Positions 48,881 to 61,758 of a DNA stretch of 64,000 nt are shown here, in pieces; within the stretch, counting starts at the first letter, position 1, and each line of letters begins with the position of its first letter. A program made the translations under genes and the position numbers. Location of the stretch: positions 15,934,001 through 15,998,000 of the forward strand of contig NC_043021.1 of assembly GCF_006345805.1 (NCBI RefSeq). Direction: 5' to 3'. The DNA is from Octopus sinensis. Taxonomy: Eukaryota. The notes under the pieces are model-generated. The model was given only the letters and a program-made list of their open reading frames with translations, did not search any database and had not been told where the DNA came from.

Positions 48881-51800
48881 TCTTAATGATAATAATAATG
48901 CTTCATTTGATTGAGCACAAAATAAAAACTTATTTTATTAATATTTCAATAAGATAGCAAGCTGGCAGAATCATTAGCATGCCAAGCAAAATGCTTAATG
49001 GCATTTTGCTGGTGTCTACATCCTGAGTTCAAATTACGCTGAGGTTGACTTTGCCTTTCATCCTTTCAGGGCTGATAAATTAAGTACCAGTGGGGTCGAT
49101 GTAATTAACTAATCTCATCCACTAAAATTTCAGGCTTTGTGCCCTCAGTAGAAAGGGTTATTAGTATCTCAGGCATTGGTACTGGCTGGGACAGTAGAAT
49201 ACTTCGTATTCAGATTCATCCCACAGGGGTTTGAGTTCAAATTGCAGCAGACTGAAATTTACCTTTTGTTCCTCTGGGACTCTTCATTATCATCATTTTA
49301 ACATCCACTTTCCCATGCCTGCATGGGTCAGATAAAATTCAGTGAGACAGATTTTGTATGGCTGGATGCTCTTCCTGTTGCCAACCCTTACCTGTTTCTA
49401 AGCAAGCTAATATTTCATTGAGGCTTTCAGACTTCAGTAGCACAGTGACTGGAGGTGCTTTCACAAGATTGCAAACAAATAATGCCATTTGTTTGACAAT
49501 GTTTATGATCAGGGTGTGATATTAGGACGGATACACACACACACCAGGGATGTGCCACCTAGGTAGGCAAAGTAGGCACTGCCTACCTTGAATAAAATAG
49601 ACTGATAGCAGCATTTTACTTTTATGGCAAAATATGCACCTAATTCAATAAAATTATAAGGTTTAGTCTGATTACTATACATAAAATGCAAAATATTTTA
49701 CATTTTTGTAGATTAGGTAGGCATAATTTGTGCCTGCTTTTTAATCTCTGTATTTAAGCTGTGCATAGTACTGTTGTAATACACGTGCTGCGTACACTCC
49801 TACAACACTGTTTTCTTTACGTGCTGTAAAGGCAGAAATAAATCTGCCTTCAACTCAGTCGTATGCCTGTGTTTTGCTTATTTTTTATGTGTTTTTACTA
49901 CATAAAAATCACCAACTGTCTACCCTGAGTAAATAATGATGGCACATGCCTGACATACACACACACTTGTGCATATACAATAGGCTTTTTACAGTTTCTG
50001 CCTACCAGATCCACTCAGAAGGCTTTCATCAGCCTGAATTTCTTGTTGAAGATTCCACATGGTGGAACTGAACCGAAAACTATTTAGTTATGAAGTGAGT
50101 TTCTTAATCACACAGATACATCCGTGGCTATGGCCGTACCAGCACCTATGGAAATCATTGGTAATATTGCTTTAAATATTGTTTACTCCCAGGACAGTCC
50201 TGATTGAGCAGATATCCTCATGATCATCATTTAACATCCATGTCTGATGCTTGTATGGATTGGACAGCTTGACGGGATCCAAGGAGCCGAAGAACTGCAG
50301 TGTGATCCAGTATCTGCTTTGGCATGTTTTCTACTGCTGGATACCCTTCCTGACCCCAACTACTTTATAGTGTAGTGGGTGCCTTTTTTGTGACACCAGC
50401 ACAAACGAGGTCACCAGGCAGGTGGCACATCAGACAAATTCCAACCTTGACCTTTCCTATCTTTTTAACACCGAACATACTCTGCCCCTCAGTGACAAAT
50501 GATGATAATGGCTATAGTGTCTGCATGCCTTGACTGAGACTGATCGTTAGAGGTGGTCAGCATTTGTGAGGGGTGTGGTTGTTGTTGTTGAGCAACAAGG
50601 TAGGTAAGGGTGATTAGGTGATGGTCTAGGGCTTAGGGGCAGGAGACCCCAGACCTTGGAAAAAACAAAAAAAAACCTTGGTTGTCTTGTTGTAGTTGAG
50701 GGCTCTTCGTTGACGCCCGACACCACTGGGAGGTGGCCCTTGAAGTCGCTGGAAATGGAGATCTCCAGGTCCAAATTCTTGAACGGCTGAGGGGTGTGGT
50801 GAACTCGTTGGTCAGAGCTGGCTCAACCCATCCCAGGTGAATGCTGTCGCTAGTATGTGTCTTTTTATTCAAGCAAAGTGCATCTAGGATTACAGAGAGC
50901 TTAGATCTGAGCAAGATCGAGCTGTTTTTTGTAGATCAAATGCCCAGTAAGAAGTTCTCTCTTTAGCTTCATTCATGCTATTAATATCCATTAGAAAATA
51001 TGTATGTATATTTAAAAGATAGTTTGTTTTTATCTGTTTCTGCTGTTCATGCAAACTCTTTCCTACATCAGCTCTGTCTATTGAAAAGTAGAACACAACA
51101 TTGTAATATTTAGGTCGAAAGGAAGTAACTTCTTTTGTACTTTTTGCAGGCAATTTTTTTTTCCTTTTTAAATAATTCCTTTAAAGAATATAAACCAAGC
51201 ATAATTCTTGAGTCACTTATGGAACCTCTATGTAATCACTCGACTTACTAGAAATAACAACCTTATCTTCCTCAATTCACTTTAGGCACTATTAACAAAA
51301 AAATAAAAGAAACCACTAAGGATAGTGTAGTCTTAGGTATACAACAACATTGGAATAGTCATGCTTGGAATATCTTTGATTATAATCTATAACCAATAAA
51401 GTATCAGATAGAATATCTTGGGTAATTTGCTCTAACTTCAAGTTGTGCCTGGGTCAATTTTGATTTTCATTCTTCTAGGGTCAATCAAAAAATTACCAAT
51501 CGAAGGAGATTAGAGTAACTGTAGGATACCTTGTGGTATTTGTTTCAACTTTGTATTTTGAGTTCAAATTCCTCCTGGCACCATGGGTACTTTTAGTGAA
51601 ATATACTTTTTTTCTTCTCCAAGCATTCAGGTTAGATTTTTGGTTTGTGGATACCTTCCTTTGTTCATTCTTTCCTTCCCCTTTCTCACTAGTCTTGGTG
51701 GCTCTGTTAGGGGGTCATGGGCACTGCTTTCCTCTCCCCTTAACTAAAAGATAAAAGACAAAAAAAAAAAAAACCCAAACCCTCTCTTAAGTCAGTTTAA

Positions 51801-54800
51801 TTAAGGCTGACCTGGCAACAACAATTTCATCCTCTCCCCTACACCAAACCTATATTTGATCTTTCCTTCATAATTTCAACATTTATCCCACAATGCACAG
51901 AACATTCCACACATAGAAGGTAATCAGAAAATGTTGACATTTTATTACAGACAACAATAAAAATACATCTAAAGAATGTTGTTGCTTAGAACCAGGTCAG
52001 CTGTCATTGAATAGGTTTGCAGTTTATGACCAAAAGCATTCCAACCTTGACCATCACGTCTTTTTACATATCAGGGACTATGGTGAGTCTTATGTACCCC
52101 ACTTCTTTATTTCAGGCAACAGGGTGTGATTTGAAGGAGATTGGCTGCTATTTCTATTGGATTGGTCAACAAGATTTAGAGCAGCAGCTCTCTATCATTT
52201 TTTGCCTATGGACCCCATTTGATTTTTGTTTTAATCTCATGAATCCTTATAGCTACTTGAAGGTTTAAAAAATCCCATTATATTTTTATAATTAAATATT
52301 ATTTGGAACTGTATAAATAAAATTAAAATATTTTGTGTATTGAACAAGCATAACCAATTTTTTACACTTCAGCAACAAAATCCTACATGGGCCCTCAAGG
52401 GTCATGTGGACCCCCAAGGATCATGCGAGCTCTGGTTGAGAATCACTTATATAGAGGATTACTTGTTTGATTTGTCTAAAGAATGTGATTGGAATAGCTG
52501 TCATTTTGACTGTATGGAAGTTCTGTTGTGAACAGACTTGTTGTTTAGCTGTATGTTAGTCCTCTTTGAATAGATCCACCGATTAACCTTTTAGCATTCA
52601 CATTATTCTGTCAGAAGTAAACAGGTGAGGGTTGTTGACATGAGGTCCATCTGGTTGTAGAAAATCTGCCTCAATAAATTCTGTGTCTTTGGCAGCAACA
52701 TCCTTAAGGGAATGTTAACAAGTTTTGCACATCACGCAATTGATGAACTGTGGGGATAAAATCTTCAATATATCGATGGGCAGAAATATGGGCTCTGCTA
52801 ACACAGTTACCTCTGCTGTTTGATGGGGTTTGATGGTGAGGCCCTTATCTTGGTTGGGTTCAAGGTTAAGGTGAGTATCGTCCACTACAATCGCAACTCT
52901 CTCTCTCTCCCCAGTATAGTTCTATCAGAGATCAAGGCACAGGAGTGTAACAAAAATTTGAACACTTCAAGTATTAATTGAAGAATGAACTGTAAACTTT
53001 TTGTATCCATAAGTATTTAAAATAACTCTTGTAGGAAGTAACTACTGTATGTTTATGTATGAATACATTTGTGTATGCATGGTACATATGGCATGTATGT
53101 ATAATAAATTTATATTATGGATTAATAGCTTTCCCCCCCCCCACCACTCCTTAGCATAATAAAGAGTCAATTGTTTGACCATTTATGGTCCGCAGTATCA
53201 ATCAATGAGTAGACACTCCTATTGATTTCAAGGAGTGTGTGTGTGTGTGTGTGTTGGGGTGGCAAAGAGGTGCAGGTTATGGTATTTGTCTTTTCCAAGG
53301 TCGTTAGTGACGTAGGTGAAGTAACCATAACTGATTTTGCACTGAAGAATTAATTCGCAAGAAGCTTATGTTCTGCTCTACCGGCCTTGTCTAAACATAA
53401 ACAATATTGAATTATGTGTATGTGGTGTGACTGTTGTCAACTCTGGTCTGTTCTGAACAAGTAGACCTCTGATTGGAAGTGCTCCAGCTGGGACCACCTT
53501 GTCCTTTTTAGCGCCATCTCTGGCTACATTATTTGGCCCTTTAACATTTAGATTACCCTGTCAAAAATATTGCTTATAATTCACATTGTCTTCAATTAAT
53601 AATGCATAAGCTCACACTTTTGAGATTTCAGTGATGTGTTCATTTTTAAAGGCATTGCAGGATATGTGTGAGAGGCAAGACCTGGTCAGTTTGAACATAA
53701 AATAGATTTGAGCTGTGTATGGCCTATTAAATGTTGAAGGCCTAATGCATCCTTTGTTTTTATAAGACATAAGGGTTTGAGTTGAGAAAATTTAGCTGCT
53801 GTTGCAAACAGGTCAAGCAATCACATTAAGATCTCTCACATTGACTTGGGTGTCTATGATGTATATGATGTTGTTGTTTAACCCCCAGATCAACCTTGAT
53901 TCAACGGTTCAGTGGCATTCTGTCTTGTCAGATTCTCAGGTGTTATGTGTCTCAGACCATGTTACCCATATTTTCTTTTTAAGATGGTAGGATGTAATTC
54001 GAACATTGGCTGTTATTTCTAGCAGATCAACTGGCCACATTGACAACTGTATGGTGTTGTTATTAACCCTCGGTTGTCTCTTTTTGAACAGACCTCTGAT
54101 CAGAAGTACTCTACTTATGATCATTCCATCTAATTTTGTGACATCTTGCATCTTGGATTACCCTAACATCTTCTAATATAACCTTTCTGTTTTTTTCAAT
54201 AGTTAAGATTTAGCTGCTACTTCTAACAGATCAAGTAACTTTAGAGACCACTGTTTGTGTGTTGTTTAGCCCAGACTAATTATGATGATCCCAACTATTT
54301 TTCAACCATAGTGTATCTTGGACAACCCTCTCTAATATGCTCGAATATGTTGTTCTGCCCCTCCCCTGCTAATAACAGAGATATAGCTGTAAATATTGAG
54401 TAGGTCAAGGCTACCATGAAGATACATCCCTGTGAGTTTTGAATAAATGGTTTTGGCAATGTGTGTAGGCTCTGGAAGTTTCTCCAAACTTAGCAAGTAT
54501 CTTGAGGATTATTCGAGCAAATTACTTGTAGGAGTCGGTTTCTTAGTTGCAGGCTGGAAGAAGTTTGAGCTTTTATGCATTATTGAAAACCTTGTGGATA
54601 GTGCTCATTAAAACGGTACCAGAAAATGGCAATAAGAATAATGATAGTGAAGAGATTTGTGCAGTTACAAATCAGCCTTGTTACCTCGTTAGCATATTGG
54701 CATACAAGTGACAGCATGAGATTTCTTTTTGTCAGCTGTGAGTGTACTGAGGTCCGTCTATGATTGTGTGGTTAAGAAATTTGCTTTTCAATCATATGGT

Positions 54801-57800
54801 TTCAGGTTCTGTCTCCCTAGGTGGCACCTTTGGGCAAGCATCTTCTACTGTAGCTCGAAGCCAACCAAAGTCTTGTGAGTGGAGTTGGAAGATGGAAACT
54901 GAAAGAAACCCATTGTGTGTGTGTGTGTGTGTGTGTGTATATCATCATCATCATCATCATCATCATTTAGCGTCCGTTTTCCATGCTAGCATGGGTTGGA
55001 CGGTTCTACTGGGGTCTGTGAAGCCAGAAGGCTTCATCAGGCCCAGTCAAATCTGGCAGTGTTTCTACGGCTGGATGCCCTTCCTAACGCCAACCACTCC
55101 GTGAGTGTAGTGGGTGCTTTTTACGTGCCACCCGCACTGGTGCCAGACAGAGCTGGCAAACGGCCACGAACGGATGGTGCTTTTTATGTGCCATGTATGT
55201 ATGTATGTGTGTGTATGTATATATATATATATGTATATAAGCAAAAATTTAGATTCAGATGAATTAGGTACTTAAGTTGAGGCACCAGAATTTAGTATGG
55301 TATTATCCATACAGTTTCAAAATAAAGTGATTAAAATATATATATATATATATATAAAAGCTTAGTTAATGATTAAAATTATTTTTCTTGTGGCAACTAT
55401 GAGAAACAATTTTAAACATGTTTCTGCATTATTTTGACTCTTCAGGGAAGCATAGCAAACATCATAATTGTTGAAGTATAGCTGAGTTAACTATACAAAT
55501 TAGTTTATTTTTGAAGCTTTATCTAGTACATTACATCATTGTTGTTTGCAGAGGATGAAAGGTGAAAGTGGAGAATTTGTATGATTAATTGATGGAATGT
55601 TTTTATATTAGCTTGCAGTGTTAAGATCACCTCCTTAGTACGTTTTATTTATTATTTTGCACATTACTTAATCATCGTTATACGTTTTATCTTATATTTA
55701 ATCTTTCTATAATAGGTAATTTTTCATTATTGAATAGATAAAAGGTGTTTTTTTTCTAATTTATATATATATATATATATATATATTTCTTTATTACCCA
55801 CAAGAGGCTAAATATAGAGGGGACAAACAAGGACAGACAAACGGATTAAGTCGATTACATTGACCCCAGTGCGTAACTGGTACTTAATTTATTGACCCCG
55901 GAAGGATGAAAGGCAAAGTCGACCTCGGCGGAATTTGAACTCAGAACGTAACGGCAGACGAAATACGGCTACGCATTTTGCCCGGCGTGCTAACGGTTCT
56001 GCCAGCTCGCCGCCTTTTATATATATATATATATATTGCATGTATGTACACACTTGTGATTACTTATTGCTGAAAAAAATATGGTTGGCTCTACTACACC
56101 ATAGTTTCACACAGAAAAACAAGCTTTTTAAACACACACACACACAAATCCTATGCAACAACACACAATAGCATTAAGAGCACCTTTATGGAACTAAAGG
56201 ATGTTATTGCTTGTGACGTTTATGTAACGATAATTCAAGAGACAGGACATAGGACTGTCACCATTCCAAATGATCTTCCGATTAGATTAGATCGGCTGTT
56301 TTGTAGTAATGCACATGTTTTGTGTGTGTGTGAGTGTGTGTCTCTGGTAATATGCATAAAAACTTGTAATCTATAATTAGGTATCACAAATGTCACTTGT
56401 AAACTGTTTAGTAGCTCTTGTCAACTGGGTCACTTAAGTGGATATTAATAATGGCTTTCAATTTTGGTACAAGGCCAGCTGTTTGGAGTGGAACAGTGGG
56501 TGGGGGACTCACTCACTTACAGCGACTCTAGTACTTGACTGGTACTTATTTTACCAGTCCTTAAAGGATGATAGGTAAAGTCGACTTCAACAGAATTTGA
56601 GCTTAGAATGTAAACAGCAGAAAGAAATACCACTAAGCATTTTGTCCAACATTTTGAATTCTGTAAATTCACTGACTTTAACCCTTTTGTTACTGTATTT
56701 ATTTTGAGGTGCTCTGTGTTTCTTTCAATTAATTTTAAATATAACAAAGAATTTAGTAAAATAACTTCGTTATCATTCAGCTAGTGTTAGGAACATAAAT
56801 TGTGATTAAGGTTTGGTGGAAGATTTTAATTCAATACTTATGAAAACAAGACATTTGTACTACAGAGCCAGAGGTGGTTTTGGCCGGGTTGGTATCAAAA
56901 GGGTTAAGTGGAGGATGTTAATGACCCTTTCTACTTTAGGTACAGGGCCCAACAAATTGTAGGAGGTGAGCAGTCAATTCCATCAGTCCTCAGTACTCAA
57001 CTGGTACTGACTGTATTTGATCTCAGAATGTAAAGACACAAAATGCCTCTAATCATTTTGTCCGGCACCCTAATGACTTTGCTAGCTTGCTGGCTCTTAT
57101 TGCTTCTGATCTTAACTGATTGGAAGTGTTATCCTGCCCATGTTTTGTCTTGGTATAAAAGATGGGCTACAGCAAATATTCTGCATAGATTTGCTTGTCA
57201 GTTGTTTGACTTTAACCAGTTGAGCATGTCCCTTTGTAGCTGACGATATGTGCATCTCTGATCACGAGCGGAAGAAGTCTGGGAGCACCATAGCCATGTA
57301 TTGTGAGGAATTCTTTGGGGTTTGAATAATTCACCCTGGAAACATGGGTATTTCATCATCCTTAAACAACCCTTATTCAGGAACCTTTTGAGCGGGATGG
57401 GCTACTCAACCTGAAGAAAATTCTAACTGGGCCCCACCTGCAAGGTCATGCACTGTTTTCTTTGATATGAGATCACCATGTCACATAAATCTGGTTGTGA
57501 TGCATGTACCTAGTGTACCCTTACCAGACAGGTAGTCATGATGAGTACATTGGGCTTCATATATTTGTACCCCAGTGTCACTTTGATGGCATGCATTGCT
57601 CTTTCACTCAATAATAATAATAATAATAATAATAATTTCAAATTTTGGCACAAGGCTAGCGAGTTTGTGGAAGAGTTAATTCGATTACATAGACCCTAGT
57701 GTTTAACTGGTACTCATTTTATCAACCCTGAAAAGATAAAAGGTAAAGTCAACCCCTTGTGAAATTTGAACTCAGAACGTAAAGACGAATGAAAATGTCA

Positions 57801-58317
57801 CTAAGTATTCCACCTGGCATGCTAACAATTCTGCCAGCTTGCCACCTGAATGATGGAGGTGGTGGCAGTGTTGTTGTTTTAGAGAGGTGGATCAGCAGAA
57901 TCTTAAAGGTATTAGTGGGGGAGGGTTGGGGAGAGCGCAAAAAAACCCCCAGAAATCACACATCCTGACATTTGTTCCAGCTCTTTATATTCTGAGTTCA
58001 AATCCTACCATGGTCAGCTTTAACTTTTGTCCTTTTAGGTACAACAAAGTGGTAGCCGGGTGTTGAGAGGTGATTGCCCCACACACGTGCACCGCCAAAA
58101 TTTCTGGGCCTTGTGACCTGAATTAGAAACAATTATTCTTCTGTTTAGAATTATTTTTTTTCATCCACTTTTTCCACTTGAGTTTTTCACAGCTGCTATT
58201 TATAGTTTTCCCTTGTTTGTTTTCGTCACTTGTTTCTTTTTCTATTTTCTTTATTTTAGATTTAATCTTTTGATATATCTGTTACTGTGTGGAAGGGAAG
58301 CATGTATGTATAAACTT

Positions 58318-58667
58318 GTATGTGTGCGTGTTTGTATGTATGTGTATGTGTGTGTATGTGTGCGTGTGTGTATGTGCGCATGCGTGTGTGTATGTGCGTG
58401 TGTGTGTGTGTGTGCGTGTGTGTATGTGCGCATGCGTGTGTGCATGTGTGTATGTGTGTGTATGCGTGCGTGAGTGCATGTGTGTATGTGCGTGTGTGTG
58501 TGGGTGTGTGTGTATATGTGCGTGTGCATGTGTGTGCGCATGCGTGTGCATGTGCGTGCGTGCGTGTGTGTGTGTGTGTATGTGTGCGTGCGTGTGTGTA
58601 TGCATGCGTGTGTGTGTGTATGTGCATGCGTGCATGTGTGTGTGTGTGTGCGTGTGTGTGTGTGTAT
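58318..58667. repeat. Compound alternating purine-pyrimidine repeat (TG/CG/CA/TA)
   Basis: About 350 bp of near-continuous RY alternation. A similar tract lies at 23700-23905. Confidence 0.9.
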
Positions 58668-59322
58668 AAAGTGTAATACTGATATTACAAGAGTCTGAAG
58701 TGGAGGAAGTTAGTGATTTCCTATCACCTTGCAGCCAGAGCTTAGTAAAACTGTGTTGTAAGTATAAGTATATTGAGGTCTAACAATTGGCTATTGGTTC
58801 TATTAGGGCCAAGTGGAATTTACATATATGAACATTTCAAAATTTAATGAAAGCACAACAAACAGAAAATTTATATACGAGAGAGAAAGCACTGTCGCTA
58901 TTGTGTGTGTGTGTACAGGTGTGGCTGTGTGGTAAGAAGGTTGCTTCCCAACCTCATGGTTCCAGGTTCAGTCTCACTATGTGGCAGCTTAGCACTTTAG
59001 TCAAGCCTTGGACCAGCCAAGGCCTTGTTAGTGTATTTGGTTGATGGAAACTGAAAGAAGCCTGTGCCGGTGGCACGTAAAAAGCACCATCCGATTGTGG
59101 CCGTTAGCCAGCCTCGTCTGGCACCTGTGCCGGTGGCGAGTAAAAAGCACCCACTACACTCATGGAGTGGTTGGCGTTAGGAAGGGCATCCAGCCGTAGA
59201 AACACTGCCAGATCAGACTGGGCCTGGTGCAGCCTTTTGGCTTCCCAGACCCCAGTTGAACCGTCCAACCCATGCCAGCATGGAAAGCGGACGCTAAACG
59301 ATGATGATGATATATATATATA

Positions 59323-59571
59323 TAAGGTTGGTGGATAATTATTGCAGCTTTTTTTCAACAAATTTTACTCAACAAAAACAATAACAACATGTAATAAAAA
59401 CATCATTAAATGATTATTCCGGAGCATATTCACCATCTACTTCAATTACTGCTTCCTGTTTGCTTGGTAGGCGGTCAGATTGTCACTTAAAGATGTTTTT
59501 GTTAAATATTATTGTTTTTGTTGAATAAAATTTGTTGAAAAAAGAACTGCAATAATTCTGCACCAACCCAA
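59323..59571. mobile_element. Mariner-derived MITE with ~58-bp TIRs
   Basis: ggttggtggataattattgcagc... pairs with ...ctgcaataattctgcaccaacc, resembling Hsmar-type termini. Confidence 0.75.
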
Positions 59572-59944
59572 CACACACACACACACACGTGCACACACAC
59601 ACGCATAATGACACGTGTGTTTTTGTCTCCACCACTGCTTGACGACTGATGTTGGTTTGTTTATGTCCCCCTACCTTAGTGGTTCGGGAAATAGACTCCA
59701 ATAGACAAAGTACCAGGCTTAAAATGAGTTCTGGAGTGGATTTGCTTCAAGACAGTGCTCCAGCATGGCCACAGTGAAATGAGGGGAAACAAGTAAAATA
59801 TGTATATATGTAAAATAATACATAAACACTCATGTGTGTGACCCCCGGGGGGGGGGGGGCTTCCATTCATTATTGTCAGTGAAAGCAAACTGTAGCGGAA
59901 GGGAATGGAAAGGAAGACATCACTGGATTTGGAACGTGTTCCCT

Positions 59945-60095
59945 TACTGCTGCTGCTGCTACTACTACTACTACACCACCACTACTACCACCACCACTGC
60001 TACCACCACCACTGCTACCACCACCACTGCTACCACCACCACTGCTACCACCACCACTGCTACCACTACTACTACTACCACCACCACCACTACAG
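59945..60095. repeat. Trinucleotide-derived 15-bp repeat (accaccactgctacc)
   Basis: Directly visible tandem array. Confidence 0.9.
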
Positions 60096-60895
60096 TTAAT
60101 GTTGACATGGACTACCACTACAACTGTTACCATCACTGCCTCTACTCTTACTCTCACCACTGTTGCCATTACAACTGTTTAGTCCACCACCACTGCTGCT
60201 GTGACCCCCACTCCTAACCTCAACCCATTCACGACCACCACCTTAGAAAGCACTGTTTTACTTTGTATTTTTTTACTTTTTGTTTGTTCTTTAGCCAGAG
60301 TGGGTAAATTAATAGTTTTTTTTATTTCCCCCTCCTCCTCCTCCGTCTCCTCCTCCTTTTCTTATTTTCTTATTTTCTTCTCTCTTTTTTCCCCTAGGGT
60401 GTGGTTACACATTTGTAGAGCCTGTCTACTTGACGATATATCATGCACGTTTGTCCTAAACATATTTGATACAGTTTACTTTCGAAAATATTGCTGAGAG
60501 CTATGAGAATGTTGTTGTTTTGGGTGGAATGGAGAGGGATTAAACAGGGAAGATGCTTTTGTTTCAGCTACTCTTCACTTTGTCTATGAAGATAGAAGCT
60601 GATAGATACCTGTTGGCCACTTGCTCGGGAACGAAATTTGCTTAAGGGGTCTAAAAAAAAAAACCCCACCCAAATCCTATATGGAAACTCAGGGGCCATA
60701 TAGACTCTGGTTGAAAACTGCTGCTCTAGGCTCTAGGGTCACTTATGTAGCTTCCCAACTAAAAAAAAGAAATAAATGTGCTCTTCTTTGAGTATTGACT
60801 TCTGTTTCTCCTACTAATCTTATCTATCCAGGAGAGTACGTATACGCTTTTACTTGTTTCAGTCATTTGACTGCGGCCATGCTGGAACACTGCCT

Positions 60896-61124
60896 TTAAC
60901 CCTTTCGTTACTGTATTTATTTTGAGATGCTCTGTGTTTCTTCCAATTATTTTAAATATAACAAAGAATTTAGTAAAATAACATCGTTATCATTAAGCTA
61001 GTGTTAAGAACATAAATTGTGACTAAGGTTTGGTGGAAGATTTGAATTCAAAACTTATGAAAACAAGACATTTATACTAAAAAGCCAGAGCCGGTTTCAG
61101 CCAGGTTGGTAACGAAAGGGTTAA
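60896..61124. mobile_element. piggyBac-like MITE family B inserted at the TTAA of a SINE
   Basis: The SINE consensus gcctTTAAtcgagcaac is split with TTAA duplicated. Confidence 0.85.
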
Positions 61125-61583
61125 TCAAGCAACTCGACCCCGGGACTTATTCTTTTGTAAGTCCAGTACTTATTCTATCGGTCTCTTTTGCCGAACCGCT
61201 AAGTAATGGGGACATAAACACACCAGCATCGGTTGTCAAGCAATGCTAGGGGGACAAACACAGACACACAAACACACACACACACATACATATATATACA
61301 TATATACTACGGGTTTCTTTCAGTTTCTGTCTACCAAATCTACTCACAAGGCTTTGGTTGGCCCGAGGCTATAGTAGAAGACACTTGCCCAAGGTGCCAT
61401 GCAGTGGGACTGAACCTGGAACCATGTGGTTGGTAAACAAGCTACTTACTACACAGCCTCTCCTGCACCTAGTGGGACTGAACCCGGAACCATGTAATTG
61501 CATGTATATATGTGTATACATATGTGTGTAGATATAAGAATACTAATGATAATGAATTTTTTGTATACAGTACAATATATTTG

Positions 61584-61758
61584 TACAGGGTGGGTCAGAA
61601 TTCACGACTCATTAATTTTATTTCTTACCTTGCTTACTTTATTGTTATTGTGTTGTTTAAATTTATTTTATTTCTTAATATACACATTATTAATAAATAT
61701 ATCAATATATTATTTAATATAGCTAATAAGTAAGTCCTGAATTCTGGCCCACCCTGTA
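61584..61758. mobile_element. Tc1/mariner-type MITE
   Basis: TA-CAGGGTGGGTCAGAATT ... AATTCTGGCCCACCCTG-TA. Confidence 0.75.

Noticed and set aside
50547-50914. 75-aa and 93-aa minus-strand ORFs in a GC-richer patch
   Set aside because: No convincing family motif and no consistent splice-bounded open frame. Probably decayed repeat.
58213-58698. Cluster of His/Thr- and Cys/Val-rich ORFs (also 3279, 23667, 26559, 43473 and others)
   Set aside because: Translations of (CA)n/(TG)n/(TA)n microsatellites.
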